From Elusimicrobiota bacterium (lineage in GTDB: Bacteria > CG03 > SLGR01 > JAGXOG01): a stretch of 17,329 nt of DNA. The position numbers were made by a program, and so were the translations under genes. The stretch lies in assembly GCA_051745145.1 (NCBI GenBank), contig JBNJDT010000031.1, forward strand, positions 1 through 17,329, read 5' to 3'. This document shows, one piece after another, positions 1-7,340 of the stretch. The stretch's first letter is position 1. Every line of letters begins with the position of its first letter. A model generated the notes under the pieces. The model had not been told where the DNA came from, searched no databases, and was given only the letters and a program-made list of their open reading frames with translations.

Positions 1-306
1 CCATTTAAATATTCAGATATGGTACATTATCAGGAGGGTTCTATTGTAAGCAGAACTATTATAGAAAAAGGGACCGGTTCAGTAACTCTATTTGCCTTTG
101 ACGCCGGAGAAAAACTCAGTACTCATTCGGCGCCCTATGATGCTTTAGTCCAGATTATAGAGGGAACCGGACAGATTACTATTGACAATAAAAAATTTGT
201 TCTTGAGGCCCCACAAGCTATTGTAATGCCGGCCGATATCCCTCATTCTGTATCTGCAAAAAAGAAATTTAAGATGGTTCTTACTATGATAAAAGAAAAA
301 ACCTAA
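1..306 (+). CDS. Cupin domain-containing protein, probably 5'-truncated at the window edge
   Basis: Cupin metal motifs LSTHSAPYDALVQIIEG and MPADIPHSV. The frame is open from position 1 (CCA TTT AAA TAT TCA GAT ATG) and there is no SD before ATG19, so the true start probably lies upstream. Stop TAA at 304-306. Confidence 0.85.
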   Translation, partial: PFKYSDMVHYQEGSIVSRTIIEKGTGSVTLFAFDAGEKLSTHSAPYDALVQIIEGTGQITIDNKKFVLEAPQAIVMPADIPHSVSAKKKFKMVLTMIKEKT

Positions 307-322
307 ATTAAAGGAGGAGATT

Positions 323-1513
323 ATGAAAAAAAATATTACTAAAAACATAACCTGGGTGGGCAAGGTGGATTGGGAACTGAGGAAATTTCACGGCGACGAA
401 TATTCCACCCACCGGGGAACAACCTATAACTCTTATCTTATCCGGGGCGAAAAGAATATACTAATCGATACTGTCTGGAAACCGTACGCAAAGGAGTTCG
501 TTGAAAATTTAAAAAAAGAAATAGATCCGGAGGATATAGATATAATTGTGGCCAATCACGGAGAAATTGACCACAGCGGTGCCCTGCCCGAACTTATGAA
601 AGAGATCCCCGAAACTCCTATCTACTGTACGGCTAACGCGGTCAAATCCCTTAAGGGTCACTATCATAAAGACTGGAATTTTAAAACAGTAAAAACCGGT
701 GATAAAATTTCCCTGGGAGAAAAAGAACTGACTTTTATCGAAGCTCCCATGCTCCACTGGCCTGATACCATGTTCTGCTATTTAAGCGGGGATAATGTTC
801 TTTTTTCCAACGACGGGTTCGGACAGCACTATGCAACTGAAAATTTATATAATGATCTTGTCGATCAGGCCGAACTGTACCAGGAAGCCATAAAATATTA
901 TGCCAACATCTTAACCCCCTACAGCATGATGGTGGATAAAAAGATAAATGAGATACTGGATATGGGGGTGGATGTAGATATAATTTGCCCCAGCCACGGA
1001 GTAATATGGCGGGACAACCCCAAGCAGATAATTGAAAAATATTTAGAATGGGCCGATAATTACCGGGAAAACCAGGTTACTATACTCTACGATACCATGT
1101 GGGGAGGAACCCGGAAGATGGCCGAAGCAATAACAGAAGGTATTAAAAAAGAAAATGACAGCGTAGAAATAAAGATGTTCAATCTCTCTAAAACCGACAA
1201 GAACGATGTAGTAACCGAAGTATTTAAATCCAAGGGGGTACTGGTCGGTTCCCCCACTATTAACCGGGGTATACTTACCGCGGTTGCCGGAGAATTAGAA
1301 GAGATAAGAGGCCTGGGATTTAAAGGGAAAAAAGCCGCTGCTTTCGGCACCTACGGATGGAGCGGAGAAGGGGCAAAGATGATATCGGGTAAACTTGATG
1401 AGGGAGGGTTTGAGATAGTCAAAAGCCCCTTAAAAGAAATGTGGAATCCCAATTCCAAAAGCATAGATAACTGCGTAAAATTCGGTCGGTCATTTATTAT
1501 CAATATTTCATAA
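323..1513 (+). CDS. fprA: Flavodiiron protein (FprA/A-type flavoprotein; O2/NO reductase), class A: metallo-beta-lactamase domain plus flavodoxin domain
   Basis: Diiron ligand motifs NHGEIDHSG, HWPD, SNDGFGQH and PSHG. Flavodoxin motifs YDTMWGGT, GSPT and FGTYGWSG. Strong SD AAGGAGG at 311-317. No C-terminal rubredoxin or flavin-reductase domain. Confidence 0.95.
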   Translation: MKKNITKNITWVGKVDWELRKFHGDEYSTHRGTTYNSYLIRGEKNILIDTVWKPYAKEFVENLKKEIDPEDIDIIVANHGEIDHSGALPELMKEIPETPIYCTANAVKSLKGHYHKDWNFKTVKTGDKISLGEKELTFIEAPMLHWPDTMFCYLSGDNVLFSNDGFGQHYATENLYNDLVDQAELYQEAIKYYANILTPYSMMVDKKINEILDMGVDVDIICPSHGVIWRDNPKQIIEKYLEWADNYRENQVTILYDTMWGGTRKMAEAITEGIKKENDSVEIKMFNLSKTDKNDVVTEVFKSKGVLVGSPTINRGILTAVAGELEEIRGLGFKGKKAAAFGTYGWSGEGAKMISGKLDEGGFEIVKSPLKEMWNPNSKSIDNCVKFGRSFIINIS

Positions 1514-1519
1514 ATAATT

Positions 1520-2611
1520 TTAAAAGGGGTAATTTAACTTTACTGAAATTAATCCCCTGGGGATTGACGGGCCCGGTGAAAAAAGGGCCTTATTATCACC
1601 GGAGAACAGTGTACCTTCAATATTGAGTTTAATATTCCCGGGCAGGGTATTCTGGTAACCGGGAATTAAAATTAAACTGGAATCCCGCATATTTACTACG
1701 GCTGTACATATTATGCTGGAAAAATAATTCAGGGGATAATTAATACTTCCGGTCAAAAGATCCACCCCGGAAATAAACTGTTTATTTAATTCAATTCTAA
1801 GATATTCAGCCTGAAAATTTATTTTCTGGTTGTAAGTTAAATTATGACTGTAATCCGCTCCCAGGAGCATACTTAAAAAAGCCGGTTTGCCGGTTTCAAA
1901 ATAGTAGCCGGAAGCTCCGTATACACCGGTATTCATAAAATCCCCTTTTACGGTTACCCCTAATCTTTTATCCGGTATTACAGAAGATATGTTATATAAA
2001 TACTCTTCTGTTATACCCTTATCCAAATCAGCTTCATCGACATAACTAAGAGTGAAATCGTATCCCGCCAAACCCGCCCGGGTGCGGCATCCCCACTTCA
2101 TATCCTCCCGCTCAAAATTAAATCCCCCGGGAAAAGAAGATATAAGGGAGATAGATGAATTCCAGTTAAGTGGTATATAGACCTCCAGAGCGTCCGTATA
2201 CTTACTGTTATTTTCTTCATCAAGAGTATCCGCCCCCAGCGTATAATCGACAGGATTTAACAGAGCACCGAAAGACCAGGAAACCGGCTGGCGGCCCGCT
2301 GTTAAATTAAACCAGTCAAATTTCTGATTGACGTAAAGTTTTTTAGAAAAATAAGTAGCCCGGTTTCCGGAAGTTAAATCTTTTAGAGCGTTACTTATTT
2401 CAAACTCATACTTAAAATTTGTATTTTTAAATTCAGGAAGAAATATTTCAATATCAAGAGTATCGGTAAATTTATCCCGGTAATTATCTTCATTGTCAAT
2501 AAATCCTCTGAATTCCAGTTCATATTCTCCGCCCGCTGAAACTGCCCCGGCCGGGCCAAAACAAAAAACTGTTATACAAAATACAGTTAAAGCTAAAACT
2601 GCCTTTTTCAT
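1520..2611 (-). CDS. Exported protein, putative outer-membrane beta-barrel
   Basis: Sec signal peptide MKKAVLALTVFCITVFCFGPAGA (AxA site). Aromatic/Gly-rich segments with alternating hydrophobicity. Ends ISVKLNYPF (terminal Phe, Bam-type beta-signal). Starts 5 nt after the LolA-like stop. Confidence 0.65.
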   Translation of the reverse strand: MKKAVLALTVFCITVFCFGPAGAVSAGGEYELEFRGFIDNEDNYRDKFTDTLDIEIFLPEFKNTNFKYEFEISNALKDLTSGNRATYFSKKLYVNQKFDWFNLTAGRQPVSWSFGALLNPVDYTLGADTLDEENNSKYTDALEVYIPLNWNSSISLISSFPGGFNFEREDMKWGCRTRAGLAGYDFTLSYVDEADLDKGITEEYLYNISSVIPDKRLGVTVKGDFMNTGVYGASGYYFETGKPAFLSMLLGADYSHNLTYNQKINFQAEYLRIELNKQFISGVDLLTGSINYPLNYFSSIICTAVVNMRDSSLILIPGYQNTLPGNIKLNIEGTLFSGDNKALFSPGPSIPRGLISVKLNYPF

Positions 2612-2616
2612 TTTAT

Positions 2617-3360
2617 TTACCGTAAATTTTCCAGGGTAAACAGATTCTCGGGCAGTTCGGGATTAAACTCCATAGATTTTACAGTAAACTCCGTCTTTGA
2701 ATTTTTAAGTAATTTATTTTCCATTACCGTACTAACCGGAATCCACCTCTCCTCTAGCTGTTTTACCTGCTCTACTTTCATGATTTTCAGCAGTCGGCCG
2801 CTCCGGGCGTATAATTCCTCTTTGAGCCCCACAAATCTCTCGCTGTCTATCCAAACCTTCCGCCGGTGGTAAGATACTTCTTTGCCTTCTATAGCCTCTC
2901 CCTCTAAAACATAACACGGCCTGCCGTCCAGCGTCTCGCGGCCGGTAAGTTTAAAATTATAAAGTTCGGTCAATTTATCGGATTCCATCATATCCTGATA
3001 GGAAAAATCACTGCCCATCATCCCCTGGTTTAACATATGTCCCGAAATTTTAACGATATCCTCCGCTTCCGGGAAATACATCCACAGGGAATCGCCCCTT
3101 TTTAAAAACTTTGTGCCCCGGTCCCGGGGATTGGTAAATTCCGTCAAACTATCTTCTCCCCGTATATACGTTTCCATGGTCTTGGACATTTTTCTGTTTC
3201 CCTGGATGATAACCATTTCCGACTCCACCCTGGCGGTTGTTAGATATTCATTACTGTCCCGCCGGGCTATTATCTCTTCAGCAGTCATCTCCCCCCGCGC
3301 CGGAATTCCAGTCAGCAACATTATTATTATAAAACTAAAATATTTAAAAATTTTTTTCAC
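2617..3360 (-). CDS. Outer-membrane lipoprotein-sorting protein (LolA-like family)
   Basis: Signal peptide ending IPARG. Family-typical GTKFLK, MWYFP-like (LWMYFP), MGSDFSYQD, KVWID and C-terminal LPENLFT motifs. GTG start with SD GGAGG at 3366-3370. Confidence 0.85.
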   Translation of the reverse strand: MKKIFKYFSFIIIMLLTGIPARGEMTAEEIIARRDSNEYLTTARVESEMVIIQGNRKMSKTMETYIRGEDSLTEFTNPRDRGTKFLKRGDSLWMYFPEAEDIVKISGHMLNQGMMGSDFSYQDMMESDKLTELYNFKLTGRETLDGRPCYVLEGEAIEGKEVSYHRRKVWIDSERFVGLKEELYARSGRLLKIMKVEQVKQLEERWIPVSTVMENKLLKNSKTEFTVKSMEFNPELPENLFTLENLR

Positions 3361-3385
3361 AATATCCTCCTATTTAAATTTATTC

Positions 3386-4648
3386 TTATCCTTCCCGTAT
3401 TGCCCGGGCGGGATCGAGATTTGCCGCCCGCCTCGCGGGGAGAATACAGGCTAAAGTAACTATAATTACCCCCAGGCAGAACGCAAAAATAGAATTCCAC
3501 GGAGAAGCGGAAAAATAAATAATAGAATTAAATGTATGTTCCGCGCTAAAACCGGACACCGTCTGGGTAAGGTCAAGACCGTTTACCGCAAAATAACTAT
3601 TCAGTAAAGTTCCGGCTGTAGCCCCCAGGAAACTGCCGGCGACCCCCATAATTCCCCCTTCAATCATAAAAAGTTGAAGTATTTCATTTCCCTCCATACC
3701 CAGGGCACTCATCATTCCCACTTCTTTAGTTCTCTCCTTTACTATCATTATCATGGTATTAACCACCACAATACTGGCCAGAAGAATCAGAAAAATATAA
3801 ATTCCGTTATATATATTCTTAGCTATTTCCATATAGGGAATCAATGCGCTGCTTTCATTATACCCTAACACCGTGTATTTACCGGAAACACCGTTTTCCT
3901 CAAGATAACTTTTGACCGCGGGTAGAATATTTTCGGTCATTTTCCGGTCCCGGGCTACCAAAAGCAGTTCGGTAACCTGACCGTCCATGTAAAGGAGTCT
4001 CTGGGCTTCTTTTAGGGGCAGATAAAAAAGAACTTCATCAAGTAACTTAATGCCGCTATCTATGTTACCCACTATTTCAAACGTAACTCCCATTAACGAA
4101 TTAAAAGAGGTATTGAAAAGCACCGTCACTGAATCGCCCACTTCCCGGTCTATCTTATTTAAAAGCTTCTGGCCCATTACTATTTCTTTACCGCCGGACT
4201 TTATCATTCTGCCCTTTTTAATGCTAACTTCTATATCGGTAAATTCTATTTCCCGCTTTGGTTTAACTCCCCAGCCGCTCATTGTTATTAATTCTTCACC
4301 GGTGCTGACCATTGCTCCGAATTTCAGCCGGGGGATAACCATTTTCACCCCGTCAATATCCCTTAAACCGGCCATCATCTCCTCCAATCCGGTATTCTCA
4401 AATCCGTTTACCGGATAATTAAGGGGGAGTAACCTCTGCTTGGGATAGTATTCTTTATCCATTATCTTCACATGTCCGGAATTATACCGGATATGGTCGG
4501 CAAATACACTATCCACCATCCCCGTTATATACCCCCGGGCAAAGACAACTATCATTACCGAAAAAGCTATGGCCGCAATAGAGACCGCAGTTCTCAATTT
4601 GTGTCTGAAAAGATTTTTAAAAGCTGTTTTAATTATAAATTTAAACAT
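3386..4648 (-). CDS. ABC transporter permease, LolC/E-MacB (FtsX-like) type
   Basis: N-terminal KNLFRHKLRT followed by TM1, a large periplasmic domain and three C-terminal TMs with the ERTKEVGMMSALG motif. Ends PARRAANLDPARAIR. Confidence 0.92.
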   Translation of the reverse strand: MFKFIIKTAFKNLFRHKLRTAVSIAAIAFSVMIVVFARGYITGMVDSVFADHIRYNSGHVKIMDKEYYPKQRLLPLNYPVNGFENTGLEEMMAGLRDIDGVKMVIPRLKFGAMVSTGEELITMSGWGVKPKREIEFTDIEVSIKKGRMIKSGGKEIVMGQKLLNKIDREVGDSVTVLFNTSFNSLMGVTFEIVGNIDSGIKLLDEVLFYLPLKEAQRLLYMDGQVTELLLVARDRKMTENILPAVKSYLEENGVSGKYTVLGYNESSALIPYMEIAKNIYNGIYIFLILLASIVVVNTMIMIVKERTKEVGMMSALGMEGNEILQLFMIEGGIMGVAGSFLGATAGTLLNSYFAVNGLDLTQTVSGFSAEHTFNSIIYFSASPWNSIFAFCLGVIIVTLACILPARRAANLDPARAIREG

Positions 4649-4658
4649 TTCGTACTAC

Positions 4659-5897
4659 CTACCTGTGATAAATTGATTTCACCGGGTCCTTGTCCGCGGC
4701 CCAGTACGCCGGAGGAATACTGGATAAACAGGATACTATTATCCCGAAAAAGAAAACAAACACAAAAGAGCCCGGATTCCATACCCCGTACATTTTACCT
4801 ATTACCGGAACCCCGAATGATGCCATCTCCGTTCCCGTAAGCGCCCCCCAGTCTATACCGTATATGGTAAACAGCCAGACGCCAAATCCCCCCATGATAA
4901 TTCCGACCAAACCGCCCAGCAGGCCAATCCCCGTTGACTCGGCCACAAAAGTATATATAATTTCCGCTCGGCTCATCCCCAGGGCCTTCATCATACCTAT
5001 CTCCTCCATCCGCTCCAGGGCGGCCAGAATAACTGTATTAATAATGGCTATGGCGGCAATTAAAAGAATAACGCCGGCTATCAACTGATTACCGGCCTGT
5101 TTTGCGCCGGCTATAGATATGGCTTCTAATTCCTGCCAGGGAACAACGTCTATTCTTTTGTCTTCTTTAGTTAAATTTTCATCTAAAACCGCCCCGGCTT
5201 CCCGGGCCAGGTCCTTTTTCTCCAGCTTAATCTTTACTTTACTTGCTCTATCGGTCACAGCCAGTGCCCGACGGGCTACATCCAGGGGGACGTATACGAT
5301 ATTGCTGTTAACATTGGGATTTCCGGTATGGACCAAACCCGAAATCCGGGCCTCAATAGTGTTAAAGGTTTCATTTTTATCTTTAACCAGCAAGGTGGCG
5401 TAATCCCCGACCTCAAGGTTAAGCAGCCGGGCCAGTTTTTTCCCCATGACCACCTCGTACTTCCCGGAGGATAGCATTTCACCTTCTACAAATCTGTCAT
5501 TTAAATTAAAAATTTTTTGAAATTTTTCGGGCCTGATACCCCGGCCGACAATGGGAAGTTCATTGACTCCGTTGTTCAGTCGGGCCTGAAAATCCAGTTC
5601 CACAGAACTGCCCAGGTAACCCTCAATCTTTTCCGCTTTGCTCACTGCACCTTTAGGATCTACAAGCAAATTCTCCAGGGGTAGTTTATCTTCTTTTTCC
5701 CTGTATTTCTTCGTCAATATCTGCAGGTGGCCGGATTCAAAATTTATTACCGAGTCATAGGACATCTGAACCATTCCCGCTATCATAGAATCCATTAGAA
5801 TATAAAAAAATATAGCAAAGGCTATAATAACCGAAGTTATAACTGTCCGGTTTCGGTGTCTTATAAGATTTTTAAGGGCCAGTTTAGTGAGAAACAT
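4659..5897 (-). CDS. ABC transporter permease, LolC/E-MacB (FtsX-like) type
   Basis: KNLIRHRNRT followed by TM1, a periplasmic domain, ERMEEIGMMKALG and PAYWAADKDPVKSI. Start overlaps the ATPase gene end by 14 nt. Confidence 0.92.
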   Translation of the reverse strand: MFLTKLALKNLIRHRNRTVITSVIIAFAIFFYILMDSMIAGMVQMSYDSVINFESGHLQILTKKYREKEDKLPLENLLVDPKGAVSKAEKIEGYLGSSVELDFQARLNNGVNELPIVGRGIRPEKFQKIFNLNDRFVEGEMLSSGKYEVVMGKKLARLLNLEVGDYATLLVKDKNETFNTIEARISGLVHTGNPNVNSNIVYVPLDVARRALAVTDRASKVKIKLEKKDLAREAGAVLDENLTKEDKRIDVVPWQELEAISIAGAKQAGNQLIAGVILLIAAIAIINTVILAALERMEEIGMMKALGMSRAEIIYTFVAESTGIGLLGGLVGIIMGGFGVWLFTIYGIDWGALTGTEMASFGVPVIGKMYGVWNPGSFVFVFFFGIIVSCLSSIPPAYWAADKDPVKSIYHR

Positions 5898-6591
5898 CTT
5901 TCGGCTTTTTTTTCCGGTCTTTGGAAATTTTCCCGTCCCTTATTTCCAGAAGTCTGCGGGCGTATTTCATAACTAAAGGATCGTGAGTGGAAAAAATAAA
6001 TGTGGTCCCCAGCTCTCTGTTCATGGACAGCATTACTTCCAGCACCTCTTTACTTGTATTTGAATCCATATTGGCCGACGGTTCATCGGCAAGTACCAGA
6101 CGGGGCTCTTTTACCAGGGCCCGGGCAATGGCCACCCGCTGTTTCTGTCCCCCGGATAATTCATCCGGATAGCGGTCTTCAAGTCCCTTAAGCCCGACTT
6201 CTTCAAGTATTTTCATAACCCTTGCCCTTTCCTCTTTTTTACCGTCTGTATCCACCAGCCTGATGGCAAATTCCACATTCTCATAGGCTGTGAGTACGGG
6301 AATAAGGTTATAGCTTTGAAATATAAACCCTATGTTGTACCTTCTCAACCGGGACAGACTTTTTTTATCCAGTTTCTCAATTTTTTCCCCGTTTAAATCT
6401 ATAGACCCCCGGGTGGGTTTATCCAGACAGCCGATAAGATTAAGAAGAGTGGTTTTTCCGGAGCCCGACGGCCCGAAAACAGTGGAAAATTCCCCCTTTT
6501 CCACTTCCAGATCTATACCCCTTAAGGCCGGAACTTCAATCTTCCCCTGCATATATATTTTAGTTAATTCTTTTATTTTTAGTAAGGCCAC
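5884..6591 (-). CDS. ABC transporter ATP-binding protein, LolD/MacB-like
   Basis: Walker A GPSGSGKTT, Q-loop GFIFQSYNL, signature LSGGQKQRVAIARAL, Walker B LVLADEP, H-loop STHD. GTG start with upstream AAGGAGG. Confidence 0.95.
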   Translation of the reverse strand: MALLKIKELTKIYMQGKIEVPALRGIDLEVEKGEFSTVFGPSGSGKTTLLNLIGCLDKPTRGSIDLNGEKIEKLDKKSLSRLRRYNIGFIFQSYNLIPVLTAYENVEFAIRLVDTDGKKEERARVMKILEEVGLKGLEDRYPDELSGGQKQRVAIARALVKEPRLVLADEPSANMDSNTSKEVLEVMLSMNRELGTTFIFSTHDPLVMKYARRLLEIRDGKISKDRKKKPKDVSH

Positions 6592-6614
6592 TTTCTCCCT
6601 CCTTTAACAAAATT

Positions 6615-7235
6615 TTACTTTTTTATACCGTTTTTCAAAAATATCAGCATTTTGTCAATTATTTCCATATCCCCGTCCAACCCGGCCGGTTTAATTTTTC
6701 CGTCCCGGTATATGATATCCATAATTTCATAATTTACCGCCGTGAGTAACCGTACAATTAAATCCTTTCCTATCTCTGTATTAATTTCACCTCGATTAAG
6801 TCCTCTGTCCACCAGCTCCCGGTAAAAATCCATAGTCCTGACCTTTTGCTCCTCCCATATTTTATTCTGAATATCTTTATTATTCATCAACCGGTTTCCG
6901 ATGGCCACTAAACGGGGATTTTCCAGAGCAAATCTCATTCCGCTTAAATAAATTTCCCGCAGTAACCGGAAAAATCCGTATTTTTCACTATTATACAATA
7001 CATCCCGGTTAATATAATCCAATTTTTTATCCACGGCCCGGTCTATTATATATTTAAAAAGATCTTTTTTATCCTTAAAGTACTGATAAAAACTACCCGT
7101 AGCTATCCCCGCCTTGCCGGCAATGGCCGTTACCCGGGCATCGGAAAAAGTCCTTTCTGCAAACTCATCCAGGGCGGCCTCAATTACCCGTTCTCTCTTT
7201 TTTGACGTTAAATTTAAAAATGTCTCTTTGGGCAT
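6615..7235 (-). CDS. TetR/AcrR family transcriptional regulator
   Basis: N-terminal HTH: IEAALDEFAERTFSDARVTAIAGKAGIATGSFYQYFKDKKDL. 206 aa, first gene of the ABC operon. Confidence 0.95.
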   Translation of the reverse strand: MPKETFLNLTSKKRERVIEAALDEFAERTFSDARVTAIAGKAGIATGSFYQYFKDKKDLFKYIIDRAVDKKLDYINRDVLYNSEKYGFFRLLREIYLSGMRFALENPRLVAIGNRLMNNKDIQNKIWEEQKVRTMDFYRELVDRGLNRGEINTEIGKDLIVRLLTAVNYEIMDIIYRDGKIKPAGLDGDMEIIDKMLIFLKNGIKK

Positions 7236-7267
7236 ATAATTTCTCTTCGGTACTTATAAACCGTAAA

Positions 7268-7289
7268 ATGAATATGAATTCATATTCAT
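7268..7289. promoter_or_regulatory. Perfect 22-bp palindrome, probable TetR operator
   Basis: ATGAATATGAATTCATATTCAT equals its own reverse complement. It abuts the -10 box and covers the expected +1, 32 nt upstream of the tetR ATG. Confidence 0.8.
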
Positions 7290-7317
7290 ATTATATTTAA
7301 ATCTACTATACAATCAA
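7290..7317 (-). promoter_or_regulatory. Sigma70-type promoter of the tetR-ABC operon
   Basis: Minus strand TTGATT (7317-7312) - N16 - TATAAT (7295-7290). Confidence 0.65.
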
Positions 7318-7340
7318 CTTTTTATATTCTACTCTAAATT

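Noticed and set aside
3386..6591. Naming the ABC genes lolC/lolD/lolE or macB
   Set aside because: The fold family is clear, but orthology and substrate cannot be shown from motifs, and the operon context differs from both systems.
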